A program made the position numbers and the translations under genes. Positions 1 to 12,216 of a DNA stretch of 64,000 nucleotides are shown here, one piece after another. Each line of letters starts with the position of its first letter. Position 1 is the stretch's first letter. This DNA comes from Octopus sinensis (taxonomy: Eukaryota), in NCBI RefSeq assembly GCF_006345805.1, contig NC_043012.1, forward strand, positions 35,712,001 through 35,776,000, read 5' to 3'. The notes below the pieces were generated by a model. That model searched no databases. It saw only the letters and a list, made by a program, of their open reading frames with translations, and was not told the DNA's origin.

Positions 1-482
1 ACCACTTCCCTTTATCTAGAAACCGGCATCTGTTATTCATTGTTCTGTTGGTTGAAGCATCAACTCTGCAACTGCCAGGGTTGCTTTTTATCTTCGATGC
101 TAGTTAGGTCGGAATTAAGATGAGGTTTGAACCAAATAATGTTTAATATCCAACCAGAAGTACACACATTCTTCCAACTCATAGACATAGCAGCATCTGC
201 TTCCAGCTTCACTGAGAACTGAACTCGTTTCTTACAAACACTCACTTCCTTCAGATATAAAATATTCAACGTAAAACAGATGAGGTTTCTTCAAACTAAC
301 AGGAGTCCATTTTTACTCATTCCATGCCAACCCCTCCTGGTTTTTTGGATAAAGGCTTCCTGTTATAAAGTGACTTCAATTAAAAAGCTTCTGATGCAAT
401 TTCCTGTTTATTTAGGTTCCAAAGCCCAGTTTAATAATGGTAAAGTTTATTTTACTAATTTTGTTATAATTTTCAAGACTAA
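1..482 (-). other. Candidate exon of a minus-strand host gene (largely 5'UTR; possible CDS start at 40 running off the window, MNNRCRFLDKGKW...)
   Basis: Non-repetitive sequence. Minus-strand acceptor aaatatattttgcttcAG (AG at 484-483). ATG at 40-38 is the first Met after an in-frame TAA at 106-104. No protein family recognised. Confidence 0.35.
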
Positions 483-604
483 CTGAAGCAAAATATATTT
501 CGAAAGAAATTTTGTAGCGAATAAAAAAAAAGAAGAAGTCTTTTAGAGTTCTGCCTTCAAACATGTTCTGTACTTCTTCAAACAAGTGATGTTCTCTTTG
601 AAAT

Positions 605-778
605 GACTGGGAAGGTGGCTTGCCAACTATGTGGCTTCAGGTTCAATCTCTCTCAGGGCTAACTTAGACAAGGGTCTTTTTTTGCAACTTTGGGACTGAC
701 CAATGCATTTGAAATTTGATGGAATCTGTATGGAAGTATGTAAGATATGTGTTTGTCTGTGTGTGTGTGCATGTGTGT

Positions 779-812
<34 letters not shown>

Positions 813-958
813 GGCGCATGGCTCTGTGTGTGTAACCAAGTAGTTCAGCAAAAGAGACTGATAGAATGAGTGCCAAGCTTTCGAATAGAATTCCTCAAGG
901 TGGTGCCCCAGCATGACCTCAGTCAAATGACTGAAACAAGTAAAAAAAAATAAAAGAG
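605..958 (+). mobile_element. Degenerate tRNA-derived CORE-type SINE (family C here) with internal (TG)n
   Basis: 3' part CAGCATGACCTCAGTCAAATGACTGAAACAAGTAAAA matches the copies at 18262-18661 and 58800-59215; the 5' part is decayed and CpG-depleted. Confidence 0.7.
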
Positions 959-1074
959 ATATATATTTTTATGTGTATGTGTGCATGTGCATATGTGTAT
1001 ATATGTGTGCATGCATATATATATATATGTATAAATACATATACATGTGTGTGTGTGCACGTGTATATGTGTTT

Positions 1075-1123
<49 letters not shown>

Positions 1124-1152
1124 CAGGTAGGTAGGTAAATATAAAATCACCT

Positions 1153-1300
1153 TCATCATCATCATCATCATCATCATTTCTTCACCGTCCACTTTTCCAT
1201 ACTTGACTAGCTCTGATGAGTTTTATTGATGCAGATTTTCTATACCTGGATGCTCTTCCTGTCACCAACTTTCGCCTGTTTCAGGCAAATTACATTGTTT
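1153..1300 (-). mobile_element. Decayed RTE 3'-tail fragment with (CAT)n tail
   Basis: CTGGATGCTCTTCCTGTCACCAAC is the reverse complement of the RTE tail motif GTTGGCGTTAGGAAGGGCATCCAG at ~15503-15526. Similar fragments lie at ~2555-2680, 48880-49100, 49860-50070 and 59745-60140. Confidence 0.6.
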
Positions 1301-1404
1301 AGAAACAGGGAAGGGTAGGCAACAGGAAGAGCATCAAACTGCAGAAAATTTGCTCCAGTGAATTCCATTTGACCCAAACAGGAATAGGAGATGGTGGTGT
1401 GTGC

Positions 1405-1714
1405 ATGTAGGTGATGGTGATGACAATGGTGATGATGATAATGACGACGACGATGACGACGACGATGATGATGGTGATGATGATGACGATGATGCTGACA
1501 ATGACGGCGACGATGATGACAATGGTGATGATGATAATGATGACGATGACAATGACGATGATGATGGTGATAATGACGATGATGATGATGACAACGATGA
1601 TGATGGAGAAGATGACTATGAAGGTGATGATGACGACAATGAGAACAATGACGATGATGGCACTGATGATGATGATGATGATGATGATGATGGTGATGAT
1701 GATTATTATTATTG
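1405..1714. repeat. Degenerate (GAT/GAC/AAT)n trinucleotide array
   Basis: Directly visible; source of the poly-D, poly-M and poly-I ORFs. Confidence 0.95.
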
Positions 1715-2139
1715 ATCCTATAAAATAATATAACAAATATTTTTATGAGGGTGCAAAGGTCATTTACTCACTCCGGGCCATAAAGACTACAGCTGTAAAT
1801 TCCAGTCTTTATAGACAAACATATAAAACAAAACATATATAAACATATATAAAGCAAAACATTTATTATGTGTTAATAATTGTTGTTCCAATTCTATGAA
1901 GAATCTAAGCTTTCATATTTAGTGATTCTTTTAGGATCTTGTGAAGGTGTAAGGAAAGGCTATAATCTAACCATTACACTGAAAATATTTATGAATTAAT
2001 GATAATTACCATAATAATCACTTAACGAGTCTATGTGAAAGCAATATTAATGACATACAATGTAAGTCAAAAGGTATATTTGTATAGAAATAAATATATA
2101 TTCATGTATATATAATGTATATATATATATATATATATC

Positions 2140-2195
<56 letters not shown>

Positions 2196-3230
2196 TATGT
2201 ATATATATATAGAAATATATATGTAAATATGAAATATGAATATACAAGTATCTTCACATGCATGAGTAAAAATATGAATACACATTCTTGTATACACATA
2301 CTTACATATGCATGTACAATATATATATACACACACATATATATTTGGAAATTACTATTTATTTTTCTCTTTTAAATCTCACAACGTGAGATATTCAACA
2401 ACAGTACTTTGTTTGAAAATATAAGGACACAGATCATGTCATATAGCCAGCTGGAGACGATGTCTCCTGGGGCTAAATTACAGCAACATTAGTCCTAAAC
2501 CAGGACTGCCATTTTATGCTGGTAAACAATCTTTACTACACATTTATATTTGTTTAGTTGCTTTTACGTCCATTTTTCCATGCTAGCATGGGTTAGACGA
2601 ATATATTACTCAGGTGTTGTTTCAGAACCAGATACCCTTATTGGTATTAACCTTCACCTGTTTTTAAGTAAGGGATCTCCAATTCCATATATCTTCAAGG
2701 GAACAAAGTTAACAGACATGTTATTAACAGGAGAAATGCCAATAGCAACAACAACAGGACTGTTTACAACACGTGATTTAGAAGAACTGAAATCTAGTTG
2801 TATAATAGAAAGCCTAGCTGTGAGAGAAACCCATGAATGTAAACACATCCCATTCATGTGTTCAGTGTGGAGAAAAAGAAGCAAGATGGGGGGGGGGGTC
2901 TCCTAATAGACGTTTCATAGTTTGTCAACTGCTTGTTGGACAAGGTATATGAAGCTTCTTATATGAACATTCAGTTTCTATATAAAGTAATCGTAAATTA
3001 GACTAGTGCCATAGTGGATAGATTAATTTGCATATTTGTACTTTTGTAATTTAAACTGAATTTTATTTCAGTCCTTCTAGTTCAAACAGTGTTGTACATT
3101 ATTTGTATGTTGTTTAATTACTGAATAGCCATCAAAAAAGGATGTAGGCATTCATGTATGTGTGCATGTGTGTGTGTGTGTTCAGTTGGGTCCTGGCCAA
3201 ATTGAAACACCACAATCAAATGTTTACTGC

Positions 3231-3522
3231 CATGTTCTCAACCTTTTCATTATCAAAGGCTCCTACGATTTTGAAGAATTCTTTCCCATTGACCATTGAC
3301 ATTTGAAAGGTCACACATCTCAACAAATTTTGACCTCATTGACAGGGGACCACTATAGGGCTGCCTCAATACCATTGTTTTCCCCCAAACAAAATCGATG
3401 CCCTGGGGCTCTAAATGTGTGTGTGAGTGTGCGGGGTGGGGGCGGAGCGGGTCTGGCACAACCCCAGCAGTATCTTTGTAGGTCCCAAGGGATCCACAAA
3501 TCCTTGGTTTGGAAGCACCAAA
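3231..3522. mobile_element. Degenerate hAT (Charlie/MER5-like) MITE
   Basis: Left end CATGTTCTCAACCTTTT and right end GGATCCACAAATCCTTGGTTTGGAAGCACC resemble the ends of the element at 60775-61131. Confidence 0.4.
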
Positions 3523-4110
3523 TTGGGTGATCATATTGACTGGCGTATTTGTGTCCCGTGTTTATACCATTTTGCTCTCGATAATAAGATCACGTGTTCA
3601 ACCCCCAGTCTGTACACAAATTGTGTTCTTGTATTCTTGGACAAGAAACTTCACTTCACGTGGCTCCATTCTGCACAGTTGACAACAATGAGCTCCTGGT
3701 CTATCTCAAAGTGTCAGGTGTACAACACCAAAAACCTATATTTAACCTTTACTTTTTACTTAATTTATCGATCCCTTCCTCATCTCTCGCTCTCTTTCTA
3801 TCTCCCTCTCTCTCTCAATGTCATCTTTGTTAAGGGGCTGGACCCTAAGATACATTATAAGCAAAATCGTTTGTTATGATTTTGTTTTTACGCCGGGATA
3901 AACTTCCCTACGAACACCCAGACACACGCACTTGCGCAAGAACGCACACACTTACATATGCACTCATACAAACAAATCTCTCGCGAACATGCTTGATTAT
4001 GCGTGTCGAGTATATGCATGAGTGTGCACGTGCGCGCACGTCTCTTTGGGTGTATGCGTATATGTGCATACGCGAGCTGGGCCGTGTACGTACAAGATTT
4101 AATACTAACA

Positions 4111-4128
4111 AATGGCGCGGGAAAAAAA
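4111..4128 (-). promoter_or_regulatory. E2F consensus site overlapping a YY1-like motif in a CpG-rich tract
   Basis: AAATGGCGCGGGAAAA reads TTTTCCCGCGCCATTT on the minus strand (TTTSSCGC plus CGCCATTT); 3830-4330 is visibly CpG-rich relative to 1-3500. Confidence 0.4.
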
Positions 4129-5339
4129 ACCGCAAGTTCATTACAAGATTTCAACAGCAATGGAAGGGAAATAACTCTCAAAAGCTCTAGTCTATATAAT
4201 CTCCCTTGTCTATGACCTAATTTTGCTTATAGTAAATAGATAGATGCGCACATGGTTTCACGCACGTACACAGCCATCCACACACACACACACACACACA
4301 TACACACATGCGTGCGCGCGTGCATGCACACGCGCATATATGCGACTATATATATATATATATATATACACACACATACACAACTATACGTATACATAAA
4401 ACATGCATATACACATACAAACGCGTATAAATACATACATGTACTTACAAGCACTCGTATACACTTACACACACACCTAAACGCATTCATAAAAACACGT
4501 ACACACTCACACACACACACGCACACACACATGCACACGCACACACGCGCATATATATATGACTATATATATATATATATATATGTATATACACACACAC
4601 ACACAACCATACGTATATACAAAACATGCATATACACATAAATACATATAGGGACTTAAGAGCACACACACACACACACACACAAACACACGCGCGCGCG
4701 CGCGCGTATGGCGATTAGAGTGAGAAAATATGTTGACAAGTGTCACCTCCAAACGACTCGTCGTCCCGCACCCTCATTCCACCCGGGAGGTCGACATACC
4801 CACCTCCGCACCCCACCCCCACAAAGTATTTCACAAACGTTCTCCTTAAACCTGACCCTTTCCTCCTCTCCCCTTCTGTTGATTGTTGAAAGAGAGAAGA
4901 GAGAAGGGTTTCGCTGGAGAAATGAAACAAAAGCTCGAAGGACAGCAAATCTGTTTTTGTTGTAACCTGACCGAAGTCCTTTGATCCTAATTGTACGACG
5001 ACAGCAACCCTCTTCCTTCCCCCCTCAAATCTGTGTCACAGGTAACAATGAGGCTGGCGGCGGCGGTGGTGGTGGCGGCGGCGGTGGTGGTGGCGGCGGC
5101 GGCGGTGAGTTTTACCTGTTCACTAGGACTACTAGAAATAGCAGCCAAATGTCAAATCTCATCATCTTTTAAGAAAATTAAATGGTGTGTGTGTGTGTGT
5201 GTTTGTGGTGTGGCGGGGATAAACTGGTTGATATCGTTTTTAATAAACGGAATGACGGTGGGACTAGTTCTGATTTTGATCCTTGCCCTTCACCCTAACA
5301 ACGATAGCGACGACATCCAGAGAGACTCCACCTGTTGGC

Positions 5340-5600
5340 TGAACTGCTAGAAATAACAGCCAAATCTCATCCCGGTTACACTTCATTCGTCTTCTCAAAT
5401 AAGGGAAATGTTAATAAAATATATTTATTTAAAAAAAAAGCAGTTTGGGAAAAGTAGTTCCTTAATACAATGTGTCTTGAAAAAATAAAAGACGTGACGG
5501 TCACGAGCGGAATGTCTTTGATGATAGATGTCTGTTGGAACAAATTTTATCCGAAGCTAAACAACAAACACGATGACGACGACTGCAACAACAACAACAC
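5340..5600 (+). mobile_element. Dispersed SINE-like repeat (family E) ending in (AAC)n
   Basis: Shares GCTAGAAATA(G/A)CAGCCAAATCTC and GACGGTCACG...GGAAT...TTTGAT...GCTAAACAAC with copies at ~6680-6830, 41700-41830, 45425-45590, 58100-58290 (-) and 61340-61430. Confidence 0.6.
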
Positions 5601-5654
5601 GAACGAAATAAAATAATATAAAATAAAATAAAAAATACCTAAATTGGTCCTTAC

Positions 5655-5830
5655 CGGAAGAAGGTGGTCCAGTGTTGATGTTGCCAGACAATCCCGTCCT
5701 TCTTATGATAATAAGCATCCAACAACCGTAAACTTTTACAGTCAAACATAAAAGTTATTTTTTGTTTTCTATTGTGTTTGTCGCTGTCTCATTATTTCGG
5801 ATACGCCATGTTGATTTTCGTGTGATCATT
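5655..5830 (-). promoter_or_regulatory. Candidate non-coding first exon / TSS region of the minus-strand gene
   Basis: Minus-strand donor CCG|GTAAGG (GT at 5654-5653). YY1 motif CGCCATGTT at 5804-5812 (AACATGGCG on minus), typical just downstream of housekeeping TSSs. CpG-retaining unique sequence. Confidence 0.5.
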
Positions 5831-6897
5831 GAGGATTTCTGGCCGAACAATCAGCTCTGACAGGGAAGTCACTCTCATATCCGGGTTGCTCCTTTGTAAC
5901 TCGGTAAAATCATAAACACTGTAAACATGAATACGAAATATTTAACACGGTTGATAGTGGTGCGCATCGATAATGCTGTTTTGAATTAAGCCCATTTCCC
6001 GTGAAGGCAGGGCACAAAAGAATGGAACTTAGTCGGGGTAACGACCCGGGGTTTGGGTCAAGGAAAACCAAGGAAGGGCCCGTGGATATCTGACGGGCAG
6101 ATATTTCAAAAAAATTTTCAGCAAAAAGATTTTGAACAAAAAGTGAGAAATTTTTAAAGAGGAGTCTAGGTCTCTTAATCTTTTCGTCGGGACCCATGGA
6201 CATACCTTGTAAAATATGTTTTGTAAGTTTGACCACGTGGTGTCGTGATCTTGGCATCATAAATTTGGGGAAAGTTTGTATACCCTAAAGGGATAAGACC
6301 TATATTAAACAAGAAAAAAAAATTAGGCCCTTCATCGGATAGAAAAATATATCTTATATAATAATGTTTATTTTCAAAGAGCTATGATAAATAAATTTGG
6401 AATAGAGTTTATTAACAACGAAGGTGCTTTTAATTATAAAATGACTCACCTGGTGCTCAACAGCAACGACAATTTACAAATGCTGTGTAACGTATGTCAG
6501 TGGTCACAGTGTTATAATGCTGTTTGGGTCACTAAGAAATTTCCCCTAGGTGTGGGGAAGGGCAGCACTGCTGATGGCCACCAAGTCATACTTTGCTACC
6601 ATGAGATCATCGCCGCTGAGGACCACTGCATCGTACCTTGCCACCACGAGGTCAGCAAATCAGCAAGAAAACCCCCGACTGGCTAGAAATAACAACCAAT
6701 TCTTCCTCAACTCACACCCTACAGTCTTAAAAAGGGGAGACATTGGATAACGATGAAGTGTGTTCTGTTCAAATGGGGGGAAAAGAGCGGACGGTCTCGA
6801 CTGGAATTGGTTTGGTCGACGGGGATTGACGTGGGGTTCAAATACACCATCGCCGCCGCCGCCGCCACCACCACCACCGCCGCCACCACCTACAACA

Positions 6898-7287
6898 GTG
6901 GAGGCGCAATGGCCCAGTGGTTAGGGAAGCGGACTCGCGGTCGGAGGATCGCGGTTTCGATTCCCAGACCGGGCGTTGTGTGTATTTATTGAGCGAAAAC
7001 ACATAAAGTTCCACGAGGCTCCAGCAGGGGCTGGTGGCGACCCCTGTTGTACTCTTTCGCTCCAACTTTCTCTCACTCTTTCTTCCTGTTTCTTGTCCCC
7101 GACTTCCTACGCAACCGCTGAGCCTGGATGCGCATTCATTCTTCCGTCGATGCTCTCGGTGTCGGGTGTTGACCTGCTTTCTCTTCTGCGGGTCCTACGA
7201 ATAGCAAAGGACCACGTTTCGGACTTCTCCCATCTTACGAGCTCTGGGACGAAGACCGTTCGCTCAACAACAACAGCAACAACAGCA
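6898..7287 (+). mobile_element. Full-length tRNA-derived SINE (family A; OR-like octopus SINE)
   Basis: A box TGGCCCAGTGG, B-box-like GTTTCGATTCC, (AAC)n tail; 13-bp TSD ACCACCTACAACA (6885-6897) / ACCACCTACAAGA (7288-7300). Confidence 0.9.
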
Positions 7288-7834
7288 ACCACCTACAAGA
7301 ACAACCTCTTGGCCCTCTCCTTCTCCTTACTCTATATTCAATTAGAAAAATTTAAATCCCAGCTTTGTCTCCCTTGCCTTTTTTTTTTTACCGGAATTAG
7401 TAAATTAGAAAATAATCAATCTCCTCATTAAATTGTAATTTTAGCTAATTAACATCTCTCGGTTTACTGCATCAAGTACCTTTAACACCGTTTCCACTTT
7501 ATACAATTACCATTTCTTAGCAGCAAGCCCCATGTTTCTCTTTACATGTTCACCTCCTCCACCTCACACACAGTTAAATAAGATCCGGATAAACATCTTG
7601 TAGAATGCTATGCAAAGCTCGTCCGCTGCTATTGGCTACCTGATGTCATCATACAGTGGGAATACTTTTGCTACTGGATATGATACGGAATTCCATGTTA
7701 TCCATAGAAATTATACAAATAGATAAGTGAAATGGAAATAGAATTAACGGCCCCTTTTATTTAAAATCATGCTGCGTATACATTATCAAACTGAGTGAAA
7801 TGGTGACAGGATCTAACGAAGAATTTATTTAAAC

Positions 7835-7942
7835 AATCCCCCGAAGAGACGCATCCTAAACCTTAGATGCAAGTTAATGATTGCCCAACATCTCATCAAT
7901 GTATTACAGGTATAAGACTGCGTCGAAACAATTGTAAAAATT
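7835..7942 (+). ncRNA. Degenerate type I hammerhead ribozyme motif with long stem II insert (Penelope pLTR-like)
   Basis: CCGAAGA (7841-7847, U4C variant), stem II GACGCA...TGCGTC (7848-7853/7919-7924), GAAA, palindromic A-CAATTG-T stem III, GUA site. Stem I does not pair. AATAAA and (TATC)n follow. Confidence 0.5.
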
Positions 7943-7974
7943 CAAAAATAAAGAATGTCATTTATTCCATTTTC

Positions 7975-8040
<66 letters not shown>

Positions 8041-8045
8041 ACAGG

Positions 8046-8138
8046 GTAATTAAGGAACCTGGCATGGGTGGAGCCCTGATCAACTTGGATCAATCCAAAG
8101 CTTTCGATAGTGTAGACCATCGATGCTTGGAGGTTGCA
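8046..8138 (+). pseudogene. Short fragment of L1/Tx1-clade reverse transcriptase
   Basis: 8061-8138 translates GMGGALINLDQSKAFDSVDHRCLEVA; LDQxKAFDxVDH is the L1/Tx1 RT motif. Confidence 0.75.
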
Positions 8139-8592
8139 CAACACGTCTCCATCTTTCCTTTACCTTGAAAATACCTTCTTCCCAGAATTGGGGTGGTTTC
8201 AGGGCAAAGAATTCATCAAGGTATCTTTTTATGTCATCTAAGGAATTGAAATTTTCACCATTAAGACTATTCTGCAGAGACCTGAATAAGTGGAAATCCG
8301 AAGGAGTAATATCTGGGGAATAGGGGATAACACATCCCAGCCAAGCTGCAGCAATTTTTGTCAGGTTCCCAAAGCATCAAGTGCCGAAAATGAATTTTCT
8401 CCTCTTTTATTTTAAAGGGTTACAGAATTAACACAGGTTATAGGAACATAAACCTTCTTCCACGAAAAGATAGCTTAAACTGTGCTCTAAATGGAGGTGT
8501 AGTCAAATCCTATTTTATGGACTCAAACATGTTCTAAAATAAGTCGAAAGATAAGCTACTATAAATCGGCACGAACTTTCCGGACAACCCAA
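8138..8592 (-). mobile_element. Internally deleted mariner (DD34D) with one TIR
   Basis: Minus strand encodes YSPDITPSDFHLFRSLQNSLNGENFNSLDD; TIR TTGGGTTGTCCGGAAAGTTCG at the 8592 end, next to TA. Confidence 0.85.
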
Positions 8593-8844
8593 TATTTCTA
8601 TATTTTTATCATGAAATTCTCAATATAAATATGTGGATATTCGTATGGAATAATACCTCATGTGCTACATCTAAATTTTCTTGTCTGAATTTTTAAGACA
8701 AATATCCGAAATTTTTTCCGTATACCACATTTAATTAATACTTAGCTCATATACGGAGACAAAAATTTTGTACTATATACTACAGGTTATCTCCATTAAA
8801 ATCCTCGTATCATATACATTATATATATATATTATATATACACA

Positions 8845-9398
8845 CACTGGCGAAAATAAATTTAAGATATTGATAAAAGTTCTATTTCTTACAAAATATC
8901 CTGTTACTAGTCCTTTGCCGATCTTTTTTTTGACCAGTTTCCGAGTATAACTTCCACGCTTGCACGCAAGCCGGTTTCCTACACTTTAGTTGCTTGCTGA
9001 TGTTCGAAAAGGAAACTTTTTGCTGTAATATGCGATTTTTGCTCTCGCGACTGGACTAAGGCTACGTTGTTTTCCCATTATTAATAAATTGTATAATAAC
9101 ATTAAATTATAACTTTATATGGAGCATTTAGGCTTGTTGTGTGACCACCCATTTTGGCCAAAAAAATTGCATACATATAACGTGCTCTTGAACTAATTTT
9201 GCCGGTAAATTTGAAACGTTTATATTTAGCATTAGAATCCTTCAAGTTGTATAAAAATAGTCATTGTCTGCATCATTCGAAAGAGAAATAAATTTTGCAT
9301 AAGGTGTAAAAGATAAAATAATTTGTATGGTGTTAGTAACAAAATATTTTGTAAGAAATAGAACTTTATCGTCGGTCTAAAATATATTTTCGCCAGTG
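8845..9398. mobile_element. Tc1/mariner-type MITE with ~65-bp TIRs
   Basis: CACTGGCGAAAATA...AAAGTTCTATTTCTTACAAAATAT..TGTTACTA at the left is mirrored at 9334-9398; TA follows the right end. Confidence 0.85.
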
Positions 9399-9481
9399 TA
9401 TATATCTCGGGTCATCCCATAAGTTCTGTCCGAATTTTGGATAAAGAATACAAGTGATCAAATGTTATATTTAATTGAAAG

Positions 9482-10481
9482 TTAATCATCAATGTACTTT
9501 CCCTGATTATCTATGACTTACTTCCATCTATTTACAAGCTTTTAAATTCCATCAATGTAAAACTCTTTTGGTTTCAAAGCGAAGAACTCTGAAATGTCAG
9601 GTTCGACTTCCTCCTGGCTTGCGAAAGTTGTGTCCCCCTAATAATTCTGTGAACCATGAAACAAATGGTATCCTGAAGGAGTAAGGTCGGGAGAATAAGT
9701 TGGATGAAGAAATTTTTCCAAACCGACCTCTTCGATCTTCTGTGATGTAATCTTTGCAGTGTGGGGTTGCGCATTGTCCTGATGAAACCTCACTCGTTTT
9801 CGACTCACTAAAGCGGCTCTTATTTCCTTCAAAGCTTGGTTCAAACGCTCTAATTGCTGATAGTAGACTTGAGCATTGATTGTTGCATTAGGTGGTAACA
9901 ATATAAAGTGAATTACGCCTTTGTAATCGCACCAGATTGAGAGAAGAACCCTTTTCCCATGAAGTTCCCTTTTCGGTTGTGGTTGAGCATTTTCCTTTTT
10001 ACCAAGCTACTGTTAACGACGTTTAACATTTCGATAGAAAATCCATTTTTCGTCACAAGTCTATCGAAAAAGGGTGAAATGAGTTTGCGAGAATAGAGAG
10101 AAGAGCAGATGTCAACTCGGGATTTGCGGTTGCTTTCGGACAATACATGAGGCACCTATTTTCCAAGTTTAGGAATCTTTCCACGTTGTTGAAGATGACG
10201 ATGAACTGTTGTATGGTTTGAAGTAAGCTTTATTGCCAATTCTTCAACTGATAATGACGGATTTTCTTCCAGTAATTCCTCAAGGAGCTTATCATCAAAC
10301 TCAACTGGACATCAAATTCGATCTTCATCTTCAGTTTTGCAAACGATCTCCTGCAAGTTCTTTCATTCAAGCACTTTCCCATAAACTGAGTGTATGTTTC
10401 GAGTCACTTCGGCTGCAGAGTTACCTTTATTATACTCATAAAGAATTATATGTGCTTTAAATGCTCCTTGGATACTTCCAT
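9482..10481 (-). pseudogene. Mariner transposase pseudogene
   Basis: ATG at 10481; motifs VPHVLS, FHQDNAQPH, HPTYSPDLTPSGYHLF, terminal KYIDD*; multiple frameshifts. Confidence 0.9.
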
Positions 10482-10654
10482 GTTGAAAGGGTTTTAATCA
10501 AAGCAATTTTAAGGTGTCCACGAAGTCTGGGCACATGGAATAAAATCATAACATAAATAAATATAAGAAATAATAATTTTCCTTTTTACTTTTGTTTAAA
10601 TTAATAAAAAAATACTTTACTTTTCTAAATTTATTTGTTATTTTTTCTACAGAT

Positions 10655-10846
10655 GATCGAATGATGGCTGTGTCTAAAGAAGAAAGAATCCCAGATCGAA
10701 TGATGGCTGTGTCTAAAGAAGAAAGAATCCCAGATCGAATGATGGCTCTGTCTAAAGAAGAAAGAATCCCAGATCGAATGATGGCTCTGTCTAAAGAAGA
10801 AAGAATCCCAGATCGAATGATGGATCTGTCTAAAGAAGAAAGAATC
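10655..10846 (+). repeat. 39-bp tandem repeat, ~4.9 copies, spanning the transposase start codon
   Basis: Unit GATCGAATGATGGCTGTGTCTAAAGAAGAAAGAATCCCA starts at 10655, 10694, 10733, 10772 and 10811; encodes DRMMAVSKEERIP in frame. Confidence 0.95.
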
Positions 10847-11845
10847 GAGTTAGTATTATTAAGTGGACGAGAGGGATGGTCTTATCGCAAAATTGGGGAA
10901 GAATTTAATCTTCGACACCCTTATAGGCAACCTATTTATTTTACTGCCGCCGGGAAATTGATCAAGAAATATAAAGAAAGAGGCAGTGTTTTGGATAAAC
11001 CCCGTTCCGGGCGACCAAAGACTTCAGATGAAACGAAAGAGGCTGTCATGGCTAAAGTTTCTGCTAGCCCAAAGAAATCACTTCGTCGGACATCCACGGT
11101 GTCAGGTGTTCCAAAACCAACCATCCACAAAATGCTGGTTGAGGAAAAGTTTCATCGATACAACCTATAGATATTGCATCACTTAAATGAAGACGACCCT
11201 GATAGACGAATGTAGACGTGAGAATGGTTTTCAGATAAATTGGATGAAAATATCAATTTTACGAAAAACTTTGTTGTTCAGTGACAAATCTACGTTTTAT
11301 GTAAATGGTGAGGTCAACAGACAGAATCTTCTATACTGGTCTCCAGGTAATCCACATTGGATGGATCCATCCAAACAGCAAGGCAGCAAAAAGGTGATGG
11401 TGTGGTGTGGTTTGTGGAAAGCTCATGTTCTAGGACCCTTCTTCATTGAACATGTAACGGATGAGACTTATGTAAACATATTGAGAGACAAATTAATATC
11501 TCAAATTGAGCGCTTAGGCGAAGGCCTTCCGAATTGGTTCCAGCAGGATGGGGCCCCTACCCATTTTGCCACAACTGTTAGAGATTGGCTTAATGACACT
11601 TTTCCTCGCTGGATTGGAAGAAGGGGTCATATGGAATGGTTCCCTCGTTCACCAGACCTTTCTTTTTCTAGAGTATGTTGAAAGAGAAAGTTTATTCAAT
11701 AAAGATTACAGATTTAAAATACATGAGAGAATGCATTACCAGTCAGTGTGCTGAAATTGATGGCAATGTAGACTTATTTAATCAAGTTCACCTGAATTTT
11801 GCAAGGCGCATCAAGTCATGCAATGAAAAATGATGGAAATCACTT
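10661..11845 (+). pseudogene. Transposase pseudogene of the nested element (N-terminal HTH, PRSGRP linker, DDD domain)
   Basis: ORFs 10592-11170 and 11187-11681; stops at 11168 and shortly after, a frameshift near 11270, and a deletion after SPDL. Confidence 0.85.
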
Positions 11846-12216
11846 TGAAAATATTATTTATCAACATTATAATTTTAAAAAATTGGTTTGTTTTAAAAGT
11901 ATGTGTTAATCCCCATGTACGCAGACTTTGTGGATACCTTCTATTATTTTGTAAAACAATATTGAATTAGTTTAAACGTACACAAATGCATAAAAATAAT
12001 TTAAAATTGAATTAGACATTTGAAAATACTATTAAATTTCATTCAAATCTAAAAAAGGTAAAATTGGACAGAACTGATTGGATGACTTGATAATATATTA
12101 TCTATGATATTCTATATTATCTATGATTTCAAGTTTATAACACCTTGATATCTCATGTTATCTCATTTTATATGCTTAAGACGTTTTATTTTCTATTCTG
12201 GTTTTAAAGGACACAC

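Larger units (their letters stand above)
10510..11941 (+). mobile_element. Tc1/mariner-superfamily transposon, DD40D/DD41D-like (rosa/Visitor type), nested in the mariner 5' region
   Basis: TIRs AAGGTGTCCACGAAGTCTGGGCACATGG and revcomp AAGGTATCCACAAAGTCTGCGTACATGG; motifs FSD.STF..NGEVNRQN, VMVWCG, FQQDGAPTH, WIGRRG..EW.PRSPDL. The third Asp region is deleted, so the ~40 spacing is inferred. Confidence 0.85.
9407..12090 (-). mobile_element. Mariner transposon (DD34D), inactive, interrupted by a nested element
   Basis: TIRs TCGGGTCATCCCATAAGTTCTGTCCGAATT and revcomp TCAAGTCATCCAATCAGTTCTGTCCAATTT; transposase remnants on the minus strand. Confidence 0.9.

Noticed and set aside
1211-1240. CTGATGAG hammerhead-like core
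   Set aside because: No stem II or GAAA; lies in a decayed RTE tail.
5986-6296. piggyBac-like element (TTAAGCCC...AAAGGGATAA) and 116-aa minus-strand ORF
   Set aside because: The ends are not convincing inverted repeats and the ORF has no recognisable motif.
6898-6975. tRNA gene at SINE heads
   Set aside because: A/B boxes are present but there is no proper acceptor stem; the sequence continues into a SINE body with TSDs.
7600-7712. CCAAT, CRE-like and X-box-like motifs
   Set aside because: Short, imperfect matches expected by chance; no supporting context.
10655-10846. CRISPR-like appearance of the 39-bp repeats (also the RTE 3'UTR repeats)
   Set aside because: Head-to-tail units with no unique spacers, eukaryotic TE context, no cas genes.
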